A stretch of 64,000 nt of DNA from Felis catus (Eukaryota): contig NC_058382.1 in NCBI RefSeq assembly GCF_018350175.1, forward strand, positions 54,686,001 through 54,750,000, in the 5' to 3' direction. Made by a program: the position numbers and the translations under genes. Below, in pieces: positions 52,036 through 64,000 of this stretch. The notes under the pieces are model-generated. The model searched no databases, was not told the DNA's origin, and saw only the letters and a list, made by a program, of their open reading frames with translations. Each line of letters starts with the position of its first letter. The stretch's first letter is position 1.

Positions 52036-53595
52036 GTAACTGTCCATTTTGAATCTGGTCATGCTTTTTGACATCCTTGGTGGTCAAAACAACCAGCATT
52101 CACTTCCCTGAGAGTCATCTTGAGGGTGCATGAAAACCACCTGACTGGGCTTTGACCGTCTATACTATGCAATTCTTGATCACTGAGAGCAAGAGGGGCA
52201 GTGACCATCTGACAGATGATTAGGTATTTTTTCCATATGGCTGGTAGGAGAGCAATTTGGAATTCTCTCTCAAAATCACAAACGTGTGTTCTCTTCAATC
52301 TAGAGATAATCTTGCTCACATCTGGAATGACAAACGTGCAATATTATTCACAGTTGCATCATTTGTTGTGATGAGGAACTGAAAATAACCCCAAATGTTC
52401 ATCAACAGAAGGGTAGTTAAATAAAAGTGAAAATATACAAGAAAATACCAGGCAGAAGTAAAAAAAAGAATAAGGATGCTCTCTATGTACTCAATGGAAA
52501 AATTTCCAAGATACATTGTTGAGTGGTGAGCGTGGGGCGGAATGAGGTATAGAAAGAGCATATAATATGTGGTGTAGTGTGCAAAAAAAGCAGGAAGAAA
52601 TGTAGATTTATTTGTACTTATATGTGTCTAGAGAAACTCGTAGGGTCTATGAGGAGGGAAATGGGCAAATGGGAGAAAGAGATACGGAAGAGTTTGTTGT
52701 TGTTGTTGTTGACTACATTTCAAATCATCTGAGCTCTGATGACTCTGAATGTGTCACACACTTGACAACTAAATTGTTGGCCAGGGAATCAGACCTGCTG
52801 TCCGTATCTCCTTCCTGATACTCTTCAGATCTAGGAGAGTTAGGAAATGTGTTAGTACGCTGGCCCAGAGACAGAAGATTGCTTCTCCTTTTCCGGAACT
52901 GATCTCATCTTTCCAGTTCCAGGATCCAGTGCTGGGGCTGGCACACAGCAAGCACTGACCTCAGGTTTGCAGGTGTGGGGAGGAACCAGGCAGGAACAGG
53001 GGAGGGGGAGGAAATGAATGCAAAACCAGCATCTGTGAGACATCTTTGCTGCTTCACTGCTTGCCAGTAGGGGGAGCACTAACCAATACATGGATCCCAG
53101 ATCTTCTGATCAAACTAATGATGAGTTTTTAATCTCACAATTTGTTTGCTTTCCTTTAAAGAAAATAAAAGAAAACTAATTTCCTGGACAAATTCAGAGG
53201 GTTCTCGTTCCTGCCAAAAGCAAGAATTAGCTGTTTTTCTAGTCTTTGGGAGCCATTATGGATTGGGTACATACGATTTCTGTAGAGCTTCTTAAAACAC
53301 TTCAGAACAACCTACCAGCTCTTGATATCTGTGGTGTGGGAGACCAATGGATTTTTGAGAGCCCAGGAGGGTTCAGTTGGTGGCCATCTTTTCCCCAGAT
53401 GACTCATGTCTTAGCTAACTCAGTGTGGTGGTATCTTTGGGCAACTTGATACCCAAGTCCTCCAGACTCCTCAAGTCTTTGAGACCCTGAAGTAGAGCAT
53501 TTTAAATGGTAGGGAAACTAAAGCTATCTTATGCAGAACTTTCCAGCTGGGTAGACACAGCCAGTGATTTGCTATTGATCTGCTTTCCTCCACAG

Positions 53596-53743
53596 AGCTT
53601 TTTCCTACTTGTCCCATACCATCCCTGATTTCACAGACAACTGCCTGATAAATATCATGAAGTGTGGAGAAGACTTCTATGCGACCACAGAGACCAATTA
53701 CATCAGGAAAATCAACCCACAGACTCTGGAAACCCTGGAGAAG
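53596..53743 (+). CDS. BCO1: BCO1 coding exon 4
   Basis: Acceptor TTTCCTCCACAG|, donor AAG|GTACAG, 148 nt. [49 protein letters not shown]. Confidence 0.95.
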
Positions 53744-53924
53744 GTACAGGGAATGTATAACCAGCATCAGTTCCTGGTCTGTGAAAGGGACCTGAGTGGG
53801 GTCATGTGACCTGCAGGAACTCACAGGAGCATCCCCTCCTCTAAAGCCATTGGATCTTGAGTTTCCCCAGCACAACACTTAGCACTAGATTCTAAGCTCC
53901 CTTAGGGTTGGGACTCTGTGGGTT

Positions 53925-54048
53925 CATCCTGTTTATTCGTAGGGTTACCAAAACAAAGTACCACGAACTAGGTGGATTAAAACAACAGAAATCTATCCTC
54001 TCACAGTTCTGGAGGGCTGGAAGTCTGAAATTCGGGTGTCCGTGGAGC

Positions 54049-54113
<65 letters not shown>

Positions 54114-54366
54114 GGCTCTAGGGGAAGATTCTGGCATGCCTCTTCCAGCTGCTGGTGGCTGCCAGGAATCCTCAGTGCTCCTTGGCTTGTAGATGCATCA
54201 CTCCAATCTCTTCTAGAGATACAAATCATTGGATTAGGGCCCACCTCCATCCAGAATGACCTCATTTTAACTTGACGACATCTACAAAGGCCCTGTTTCC
54301 AAATATGTTGAAGCCCTAACCCTTGGTACATAGATCTTTTTGGAAGACACAATTCAGCCCATAACA
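53925..54366 (-). mobile_element. MaLR LTR containing a (CT)n microsatellite (about 54052-54110)
   Basis: AACAAAGTACCAC...AAACAACAGAAAT...TCTCACAGTTCTGGAG...ACAATTCAGCCCATAACA. Confidence 0.8.
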
Positions 54367-55367
54367 CTGTCTACCGTCTTGGCACTGAGTGGGAAGTTTA
54401 ATGGGAGTTGGAATGAATGATGGCACCAGAGTGCCCAGACTCTAGCAGCCCTACCTGGCGTTGGCCTGAAGAGGGAGGCCTTAGGCAGAGAGCAAGGGGA
54501 TGGAAATAAATCCCCAAGCAGATGCCTTTCCTGGGCAGAATCAAGTCAACATTTTCACGAAAATCAATAGACCCACTTTCCTCTCCAGCTGGCTGGCCAA
54601 AGCCTCATTGTCTCCTCAGTACATTTTAATGATCTGGTAAAGGGAGTGCTTTTTTAGCTGCGAAGTTATGGCCAGCACCTTTGAAGCCGGGCAGCATAGG
54701 TCCAACCAACGTATGCTCTCCACAAAGCCTCAGAGAGGAAATACTAAGAGAGCATGAAGTGTTGGTTGACTTCTGGCCGGAGGTTGTGCTATTCTTGGAG
54801 AGGAAAGGAGGACAGTTGTTCCCCCGGCCACACATTATTCTATGGCTGTGCTCTGTTGGGAGTGGGGGGGTCATTATGGAGCTCGTTAGTTGAGTTTCAC
54901 TTCGACCACGTGTTTTTATAACTCTCTGTTCCCAGAATAATCGTACGGGAGAGGCCTGGAGATTTATGCCTCTGTGGCATGCAAAAGGGGAGAATTTAAA
55001 TGACGTAACCAGAAAGACACAGAGCAGCGGCTAAGATTAGCGCTAAGGCTGCCTCTCTGCCTAGGTCATCAGTCTGCGGCCAGGCAATCTGCCTCCATGC
55101 TGAGGACACCCAGGGGGCAGGGCCAGGGGGCAGGGAAGAGCATACAGCTCACCAGCTCCCCTGCAGCCTCTCTGCTGTAGGAGGCTCCCCCTGAGGTCAT
55201 ATCAGGTTTTAAGAGTAAACATCCTCTTGAAAGGTGAAGTCGCCTTACCTTCAGACCAGGAGGTATGCAAACCTAGCCATCATCACTCCAAATCTAGAAG
55301 CAGCCAGCTTTTCATCATCTCACCCTCCCCACCTCCTTTTTAAAACCAGGTGTTTGTCATTTTGCAG

Positions 55368-55515
55368 GTAGATTATCGCAATTACGTGGCGGTAAATCTG
55401 GCAACATCGCATCCTCATTATGATGCGGCTGGAAATGTTCTTAATATGGGGACATCCATCATGGACAAGGGCAAGACAAAATATGTGATCTTTAAGATCC
55501 CTGCCACAGTACCAG
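55368..55515 (+). CDS. BCO1: BCO1 coding exon 5
   Basis: Acceptor TTTTGCAG|, donor |GTAGGT, 148 nt. VDYRNYVAVNLATSHPHYDAAGNVLNMGTSIMDKGKTKYVIFKIPATVP includes the first Fe-ligand His (SHPHYD). Confidence 0.95.
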
Positions 55516-57374
55516 GTAGGTCATTCTGGGGATATGATGAAACACAGATGTCAAGGGTGGCTCCTTCCAAAGAGTTCTGATTTTTGTTGATGACCTGAGA
55601 CTCAATCCGACACTTTCCTACATGGGTGATTCAGATGACCTTGAGTCTTTTTTCCTAAAGGAGAAAAGAGGTGTGGCTGGACTTCCTTTTGGAAGAAGTA
55701 AGTTCCTTTACTATTCTAACCTGTTTTTCTTTAGGCTCCAGTTTATTGATTCATTAATTTACCCATTATTCACCCACCATTTCCCTATCCATCCATCCAT
55801 CCATCCACCTATCAGTCATCATCTAACTGTCCGTCTGTCCATCCACGCACCCATCAAACATCCTTCCATCCATCCTTCCTTCCTTCCATTGATATCTTTT
55901 AGTTTTCTCACAAAACTTTGTATGCCAAAGCTGTGCTGCCCACTCTCATCCCAGCCCCTGAAGCCAGGCTCCCAGTGTTGTTGTGGGGGCTCAGCCCTGC
56001 TTCAGACTGTCAGCCTTTCAGACCCCCACCCCATTCTCTGGGCCTTCTGAACCTTCTCGATTTAAGGCCAGGAATGTGGAGCAAAGCCCAGGCCCATTGT
56101 GATTGCATGTTCCCGAGGGAGGAGGGTCCTGGACAAAGAAGGGCCTGGGAACTCCTGGCTCTCCCTGGGTCCAGGGCCCTCCTGGGAACCACATCCAGGA
56201 AACCAGGCCCCTGAGGGTGGCTGCGCAGGACTCAGGAGACAGGGCAGAACTTACAAGTTTAGGGCAAGTGGCTTCCATGTGTGACCCCTGCTGGTGCCCT
56301 CCGTCATAGTCCTGTAGCACCTCCTGAGCTAATTACCAGGCTCCAGGCAGATGGGAGCCCCTAAGGTCAGAGGGCACAATGAGTGTATTCTTGTTAAATG
56401 GAACTCCCATGAATTAAGCCGATAGAGGAATATAGAGCCTAGTCAGAATCCTAGAACGTCAGACCTAGGGGAGGTCTAGGCATTTGAGTTTAACACCTTC
56501 TATTTCAAAGGAGGACGATGAGGCCCAGGGGGATCAGGTGACATGCCCACCACCACGCAGCTGACAGGAGCCCCCACATCTTGCCAGCAGCTCCTCTCTG
56601 ATCGCCTGCTCCATGCCGGCGGCTTCCCTGGGATTCGCGCCCGCCTCCTGCCTCCCAGGCCAGGGTACTTTTCATTTTGGTCTGCTTTGTGCTCCGTTTG
56701 TTTTGTGAAGAAAAGAACCACCCCACAACCCCACAGCACCCCTCCCACCAGCCAGCTGTTTATGGTGTGCACAGGTGGCCACAAGAAAGGTGGGGACGCT
56801 TGCAGGTAACTCATTATAAATGAGCCCCAGGCCTGGGTGGGGAGACCTTTTGGCCCATGGTGACTCACCCTTGCAAGAGAATAAGAGCTCGCTCGAGCTT
56901 GGGCTGCCCCATTATTGCATTCTGTTCTCTCTCTTCACTCTGGGAGTGTTGTTCTCGCTAATAACAGAGGAGGCAGCCAGGCTCAGCGGGGGGCCGGGTC
57001 TTCTTGGCTTAACCTTGTGCCTTTGGCCATAATGACGGGCCCATTCCATCGCACCTCAGTTTCCCGTCTGTAAAATGGGAACCCTACAGCCTGCTTGGAT
57101 CATCACAAGGTATATAGCAGCCCCACATCACAACGGGTACTTAGGCTCCCAGGTGTTTGGGAATGGGCAGTGCCGAAAGAAGTTCACGGAAACCCTACGA
57201 AATATGTATCAGATGATGGTCCCGGTAAAAAGCAAAGTTGAAGCCTAGGAAGCTGCCCTATCCCTCAGGCGCTTAATAGAAATACAGACCCTCAGGCCCC
57301 AGCCCCATCTACTGGGTCAAACTCCACACTTTATCACAATCCCGGATAATCCGTGTGCCCGAGAGGCATTGTTC

Positions 57375-57560
57375 CAGGCTAGGGGCTGACAAGCTTTTTC
57401 TGTAGAGGGTCCAAGAGTAAATACCTGACGCTGTGCAGCCGTGTGGTCTCTGTCTCAACTACTGAACAACGCCGTTGCAATTCCAAAGCAAGAGCAGCCT
57501 CAGACCCTGTGAAAGAAGGGAGTGTGGCTGTGTTCCAAAGAAACCTTGATGCTAGAAGCA
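57375..57560. mobile_element. MER58-like MITE
   Basis: CTTTTTCTGTAGAGGGTCC...GGTCTCTGTCTCAACTACT...GTGTGGCTGTGTTCCAA. Confidence 0.65.
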
Positions 57561-57862
57561 GCTGGAGGCTGGGCTTAGCCCCCAGGCTGCGCTGCGGGCC
57601 GTGGCCCAGAAGCCTAGCTCTGTGGCTCAGTGTTTGCAGATTGTAGCACTGGGTCTCACAGAGCAGGAGAGGCGGGTAGGCCTTGGTGAGAAGCCCTAAC
57701 CCCCGACCAGCCCCCAACCCCTTCATCGGTTTACTTGTCGGCTCTTACCCAAAGGCTCTTCTTAGTGACCAGGTCAGTTTGAAAGGCTCAGCTGCAGGTG
57801 ATCGTGGCGTTGTCTGGGGGCAGCTAGGCCCCGCACTGCTCCTCAGGCTTAACTTTCTCTAG

Positions 57863-58083
57863 AGGACGCGAAGGGGAAGAACCCGTTGAAGCACACAGAG
57901 GTGTTCGGTTCCATCACCTCCCGCTCGCTCCTCTCCCCGAGCTATTACCACAGCTTCGGAGTCACCGAGAACTACATCGTTTTCCTCGAGCAGCCTTTCA
58001 AGCTGGACATCCTCAAGATGTCAACTGCGTACATCCGGGGAGTGAACTGGGCTTCCTGCCTGGCTTTCCACAGGGAGGACCAG
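57863..58083 (+). CDS. BCO1: BCO1 coding exon 6
   Basis: Acceptor TTTCTCTAG|, donor CAG|GTAAGG, 221 nt. EDAKGKNPLKHTEVFGSITSRSLLSPSYYHSFGVTENYIVFLEQPFKLDILKMSTAYIRGVNWASCLAFHREDQ includes the second Fe-ligand His (YYHSF). Confidence 0.94.
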
Positions 58084-59009
58084 GTAAGGCCTGGACAAGA
58101 CCCCCAGCCCCCACTGGGTCGGCCGAGCCCGCAACATCAGGATGGCCAGAGTGGGGTATCCCGGGAAGCAGGCTGAGATAGAGGTTAGCATGCAGGGGGT
58201 TTCCAAGGGAGGGAGGAAGTGAGCTACCGGGCAGTCTCCCCGGAAGCATCAGCCACGCTTCCAGAGAGTTCTGAAGCTGGATGGTCCTGCAGAGTGGTCT
58301 TGAGTTAGGGCGAGAGAGCCAAGTCCCAAGTCACTGAGTCAGTAGAGTGGACTGTCCCTGGGTGAGTGTGTGGCCTTGGGCAAGCCGGCTCTCATCAGCC
58401 AGGCGGCCCCCTCAGCCGAGGGCCACTCCTCAGTCCTGACCCATGTCCAGGCTCCTTGCAGCTTCCACTGTCCATGGACGAGGCCCTTTCAGCATCCTGC
58501 AGCCACTATACAATGTCAGGGAAGCAGAGCCAGAGATGATTTAGACATCGTAACGATAGAGCGTTCCACCAGTGGTAAGCAGAAACAGCTTCCGTTCAGG
58601 CACACCTGCGTGCTCAAAGCATGGATATGTGCACACGTGTGTGTCTGCACTTGTGTATATGCAGGCCTGTATATATGGATGTCTGCATATGTGTGTACAT
58701 TTGTATGCGTATGAATATATCTATGCATGGATATGTGTGTGTACTTACTTCCTGTTGAAATAAGTCAACTTTTACTTGTGATAAATATCCAGTAATTCTT
58801 AGTGTCCTCTATTCAAACAATACCCAAGTATAGAAAGCAACGTATCAAGTCCCTTCTCCCCCCACTCACGGCCAGTGCCCTCTCCAGAGGGAACCACCAC
58901 AATGCTCTGACATCCCTCTCCCCTTTCTGCCCATTGTGGACGTCTTTATGTACGTATGCAACTATGCATCCTGTTTGCGGCTGGCCACCTCTTTAAAACC
59001 TGTCCTTTT

Positions 59010-59241
59010 GGGGTGCCTGGGTGGCGCAGTCGGTTAAGCGTCCGACTTCAGCCAGGTCACGATCTCACGGTCCGTGAGTTCGAGCCCCGTGTCAGGCTCT
59101 GGGCTGATGGCTCAGAGCCTGGAGCCTGTTTCCCATTCTGTGTCTCCCTCTCTCTCTGCCCCTCCCCCATTCATGCTCTCTCTCTGTCCCAAAAATAAAT
59201 AAACGTTGAAAAAAAATTAAAAATAAATAAATAAATAAATA
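59010..59241 (+). mobile_element. Young felid SINE (SINEC_Fc-type) with perfect TSD
   Basis: GGGTGGCGCAGTCGGTTAAGCGTCCGACTTCAGCCAGGTCACGATCTC head with most CpGs retained, (AAAT)n tail, TSD AAAACCTGTCCTTTT. Confidence 0.93.
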
Positions 59242-59919
59242 AAACCTGTCCTTTTCCACGAGGAGAGTGAGGTCCCTCCTCTGCTCAGAGCCTTCTAATG
59301 ATTTCCCACCTTCCTCAGAATAAGATCCAAGACTTCACTGACCAGCCTGCAAATCCTCACATGTCTACATCCCAACCACTGGCTTCCTGCTCACCCAGCC
59401 TCCCTCTTGGTCCTCCTGTGTCTCAAACCAACCTAACACATTCCTGCCTCAGGGCCTTTGCATTTCCTGTCCCTTCCACCTGGAATATCCTTCCCCAGAT
59501 CGCTTCCTTCCTCAGAGTCCGTGATGAACCAATCTGTAACAGACCCCACTCCAGGCTTTCTCCATCCCCTACCCGGCTTCATTTTTCTCAGTGGTGCTCA
59601 TTGTCCTTGACACGTTACTTGACCATTGACTGCTGGCCTTCCCCCCCCACTGGAATAGAAGCTCCGTGAAGGCAGGGACTTGCTTTTATTCTCTTTTTAC
59701 TGAAAAAGTGTCTCCTATGTCACAGACCGTCTCTCTCTATTTTTGGAATGAACACTGGGCCAAGGGGGCCACCAGGGAAGCTAGCGGTAGTTGGGTTTTC
59801 TCTTCAGCCCCTGGAGATCCCGTGGCCCTCAGAGAATCCCACAGTGGGAAGACTGAGCCCCCAGAGGCAGGGCAGAAAGCCGGAAAGGGTTTTAGAATGC
59901 ATTTAGAAGAGAGCTTTCT

Positions 59920-60128
59920 GAGGTGCCTGGGGGGCTCAGTCAGTTAAGCATCCGACTTCGGCTCAAGTCATGATCTCGTGGTTCGTGGCTTCGAGCCCCA
60001 CGTCAGGCTCTGTGCTGACGGCTCAGAGCCTGTGAGCCTGCTCTGGATTCTGTGTCTCCCTCTCTCTCTGTCCCTCCCCTGCTCATGTTCTGTCTCTCAA
60101 AAACAAATAAACATTAAAAATTTTTTTC
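59920..60128 (+). mobile_element. Can-SINE with TSD
   Basis: Flanked by AGAAGAGAGCTTTCT. Confidence 0.92.
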
Positions 60129-61060
60129 AGAAGAGAGCTTTCTTAAAAGCTCCTGTGCCTGACCCCAGGAATTGGGGTCGTGGAGAAGAAAAGAGCTAAA
60201 ATAATTACCTCTGTAGTCACCTGCCCGTTCCAACCCCCCGCCCGTAGGCTGTCAAAGCCTTCCTCTTCTGCACTCCCACTTAATGTTCAAAGCTAGATTC
60301 TGGGGAAAGAGAGAAAGGTGGATACGCTGGGAGGAGGTGACCAGGGAACAGCCTGGAGCAGTCCCGCCCTGCCTTTCGGAAGGAGGGTGGCTGGGCCAAA
60401 GCTGCCACAAGGAAGAACCCCCACACCTACTTTGGATTAGGCAAGTGGGGCTGCAGATATGGCTAATTACCACCCAGAGCGATACCACCCCATGACAGCC
60501 GGAGGTGTGTGCAGATACCCGTGGGGGCTCCTTCACCAGAACGGTCTCTCCCCGCTGCAGCCCCCAGGATAAAGGAGGTTGCTGCGACAAGCTGGCAAAC
60601 CAGGAGGTCGGGAGAGGGGCCCCCGAAGGGCTGGTGTGGTTTCAGGGGATCCAGCTGTGGCTGGAACCCGGGGAGGGCTAGAGGACTGGCCAGTTCTCCC
60701 CAGCTTGGCCGTTTGTTGCCAGGGAGCTGGGTCATTGCCACCCACCTGGAGTCCCAGTCAAGTGAAGGGGGTGGGGAGGGGACAGCGCACCCTCGGGGAC
60801 TCCTCCAGGCAGTCCTCCTGGTGGTGCAGAGGCTCCAGCGGCAAAGCTTCCCTCCGATCCATCTGAAGGAGGTGATCACAGACGTGTAACGGCAGGCAGC
60901 TCCCGTGTCCTCAGCTTCTGCGTGGCCAGAGCTCTGGGACAGGGGACGTTTCAGGGTCACGAGCTAGTGGAGGGCAGGGCCGCATCCCATCCCGTACCCG
61001 ATGCCACAGCGCCAGGCCAGCAGAGGGAAGGCTGACCCCTGGATGCGCGTCTTCTTTCAG

Positions 61061-61318
61061 ACTTACATTCACATCGTCGACCAAAGGACTGGGAAGCCCC
61101 TGCCGACCAAGTTTTACACGGACCCCATGGTGGTGTTTCATCACGTCAACGCCTACGAAGAGGACGGCTGCCTTGTGTTTGACGTCATCGCCTACGAGGA
61201 CGGCAGCCTTTACCAGCTCTTCTACTTGGCCAACCTGAACCAGGACTTTGAGGAGAACTCCAGGCTCACCTCCATTCCCACCCTCCGGAGGTTCGCCGTG
61301 CCCCTCGATGTGGACAAG
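61061..61318 (+). CDS. BCO1: BCO1 coding exon 7
   Basis: Acceptor CTTCTTTCAG|, donor AAG|GTAATG, 258 nt. TYIHIVDQRTGKPLPTKFYTDPMVVFHHVNAYEEDG...LRRFAVPLDVDK includes the third Fe-ligand His (FHHVNAYE). Later exons are outside the window. Confidence 0.96.
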
Positions 61319-61504
61319 GTAATGGGCGGGACGGGGGCCCATTTCATTCCTGGGGCGTCGTGAGCCCAAGTGGGCAGTTACTTTGGCGTCGGCTTGATTG
61401 ACATTGAAATCCAAAGTGAGCTGTTCTTAAAGACATCTTTTCATTGTTTCTCCAAGAATGATACGTATTTATAGCAGAAGCCTTAGAAAATATAGATTAG
61501 GAAG

Positions 61505-61668
61505 GGTTACCTGGGTGGCTCAGTTGGTTAAGTGTCCGGAGCCTGGTTGGGTTTCTTCTCTCTCCCTCTCTCTCTGACCCTCCCCAACTTGTGCCTGTGC
61601 GCGCTCGCTGTCTCCCTCCCTCCCCCCTTCCCTCTCTGCCCTCAAAATAAGTTAAAAAAAAAAAACTT
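61505..61668 (+). mobile_element. Internally deleted Can-SINE
   Basis: Head joined directly to GGAGCCTG. TSD AAAATATAGATTAG. Confidence 0.8.
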
Positions 61669-61959
61669 AAAATATAGATTAGATAAAAAGGAAACAAACC
61701 CACAGACCTACTGTAGATATATTTGTATTCCTCCAAAGTCTCTCTCTCACTAGACAGCCATATTGGTACATCTGTCGATGTATCTGTGTATATGCAGATC
61801 TAACACACATGCACATGAATATGTCTCTCGATAAAGCAGTTAAAAACTCTGTGTAGTATGACTTCTCTAAAATTTAGAAATATATACGTATATTTTATAT
61901 ATTGCTTAATTTTAGAGGAGATCGCAGAATTCTCAATAGACTTATGGAGATAGAATTTC

Positions 61960-62400
61960 ACATAGCATCCACCCGTTTCACTCATTTAAAGTGTACAATT
62001 CACTTGCCTTGAGTATCTTGACAGAGTTGTGTGACCATCACGACGATGGATTTTAAAACATTTTCATGACCCTGGAAAGGAACCTTGCACCCCTTAACCC
62101 ACGCCCCTCCCCCAGCTCTATGTAACCACTAATCCCCTTCCTCTCTCTGAGGATCTGCCTGTTGGAGACACGTCATATACGTGGACCCATGCGCCAGGTG
62201 GTCCCCTGTGGCTGGCTGCCCTCCCTCCGCACGGTGTTTCGGAGGTCTGTGTCTGTTGCAGCGTGTATCAACCCTTCCTTCCTTTTCACGGAGGATTATG
62301 TGCATACTGTTTTGTGTGCGACTGTTTTCACTTACACGTGTATCTAAACATCTCCCCATGACATTAAATATTCTTCTGCAACATCATTTTAAATATTCGT
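61960..62400 (-). mobile_element. Old L1M 3'-end fragment
   Basis: CATTTAAAGTGTACAATTCA...AGAGTTGTGTGACCATCAC...AACATTTTCAT...AACCACTAATC. Confidence 0.7.
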
Positions 62401-64000
62401 GTGACGGTCCCTGGCCAGGATTCGTCACTATTCACTCACCTAATGCCCTGCTACTGAATCGTCCGCGTCTTGCATTAAAAATGACCACGAGGCCAGACAT
62501 TATCTTCAATTAGGGTGATGCTCCCAGAGGCTACAGAGACTTCTGGCTCCAGAACTCACTGACTTCACGACTTAATTAATTTAAATGAAAGCAAATCCAA
62601 TTCACCTCGATTTTGGTGGCTCCTATCACTAAATGCACTGTATGTGCCGGGTACTTTGCTAGGCGTTTTATTTTCCTTGCCTCACTTAATGAGCAAAACA
62701 ACCTATGGGAGAGGTCCTCATGTTAGCCTCATTTTACAGATGGAGAAACCGAGGCCCAGAGAGGTTCAGGAACATGCCCCAAGTGGCAGAGCCATGATTG
62801 GCACCTGTCTCTCCGTGCATACTCATAGCTGGTAAAGGTGAAACTCTCCTGCTCTCCCCTGGAAAGAGCCCAGACGGGTCCCCCTCTGCAGGCCTGGGAA
62901 ATGGAAGACACTCGGACAGAAGGCCCAGGGAGCCTCCTCCCACCTCACTGCCGGGCTCCAATCAGTCAGTGGGGCCTGCGTGTGCACCCAGGTTTCTCTG
63001 GTCCCGGAGTCGGGGTTCTTTCCTGTCTTGTCGGCATTTCCCCATCTGCCGTCATTGGTTTACCTCTGTCCCGATTTTCATTTTTATCACCTCAATTTAA
63101 CCCTTAAAAAATCGTGTTTTGTTTTAACCATCTCCCTCTTGAGAGGTAACCCGTCGCTTGTCACTGGAAAGAGAGCATCGCTCACTGCAATCGGGAGACA
63201 AGCCGGGGGAAGCAGTGGCAGTAAAGCAGAGGTCTTACTCTCTGGTCGGGTAACCGCGGCTGGCCAAGACTTCACCTCTTTGTTGAGAAGAAAGTCCTAA
63301 GAGTACTAGGTGTTAAAGAGCTAATGGCACCTGACTCAGACTCTCCTTGACCCGGTCGGAAAGATCGGGAAGAGAAAAAGGAGTGGACTTTCTCCTCACG
63401 GGGTTCAGGGCTGTTGAGTGAGTGGCCACTTTCCACGAAGTCGTCACATGGGCTCCTGGCCTCTGCGGTCTCCACTCTGGGCAGCCCCGCAGGGCCAAGC
63501 AGGGCCAGTCTTGGTGTCCTGGTTCCGGGAAGCGGTGGTGGGAGGTGGTGTCACAGAGCACACAGGTGCACATCCCGAGGCCCGGCCCTGCCTCACGCCG
63601 ACCTCAGCCTGGGGATGAAACCTGGACAGGAAACACTCCCTCCCACTGCCCACACACCGAGGATTTTATAGCCTTTTATCATGCTTGAAAAGTGATTTGC
63701 TTCCTTGGAACCAAGCTAAGAAGTTCAGCATGTGGATTTTGAAAAGCCACCGTGTGAACCATCTACTGCTTTGAAACCAGCAAAGAAGAGTGAGCCCTGG
63801 GAAGCGTAGCTCTGGCCACGCTTTTTAATTGCTATTTATTGTCCCTTAAAAAGGCTCCTTGCTTCACTTTCAAGTTGCCCTGCCTGCGTATTGAAATCGG
63901 AAAGTTGAGCACATGCCCATGGCAGACATGTCCCCGTCTGGCAGCTCCAATTCCGTTCTACCCAAAGGCTTATTAGGACGAACCGAAGGAGATACCACCT

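Noticed and set aside
60911..61414. 167-aa antisense ORF over BCO1 exon 7
   Set aside because: Shadow ORF caused by the codon bias of the sense exon.

Overview
This is mammalian genomic DNA, almost certainly from a felid: it carries many tRNA-derived Can-SINE/SINEC_Fc-type elements and a cat-type L1 3' end. It contains the 5' ends of two divergently transcribed genes. PKD1L2 is on the minus strand, with coding exons 1-5 at 20227->7899 (signal peptide, C-type lectin, SUEL/galactose-binding lectin, start of the PKD-like region), and continues beyond the left edge. BCO1 (beta-carotene 15,15'-oxygenase) is on the plus strand, with coding exons 1-7 at 36926-61318 (366 codons, open frame, all GT-AG introns), and continues beyond the right edge. 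The rest is repeat-rich intron and intergenic DNA (SINEs, L1 fragments, MaLR/ERVL LTRs, hAT MITEs, microsatellites). Nearly all other ORF-track entries are spurious. I found no convincing new multi-gene system. The best leads are (1) a chimeric tRNA-Lys + Can-SINE retrocopy inside a single 17-bp target-site duplication, and (2) candidate explanations for poor feline beta-carotene conversion despite an intact BCO1 frame: an overlapping upstream ATG, His in place of an aromatic residue before PDPCK, promoter changes and competing splice acceptors. Ortholog comparisons and repeat-family names come from recall, not from a search. Repeat boundaries are approximate unless a TSD is given.
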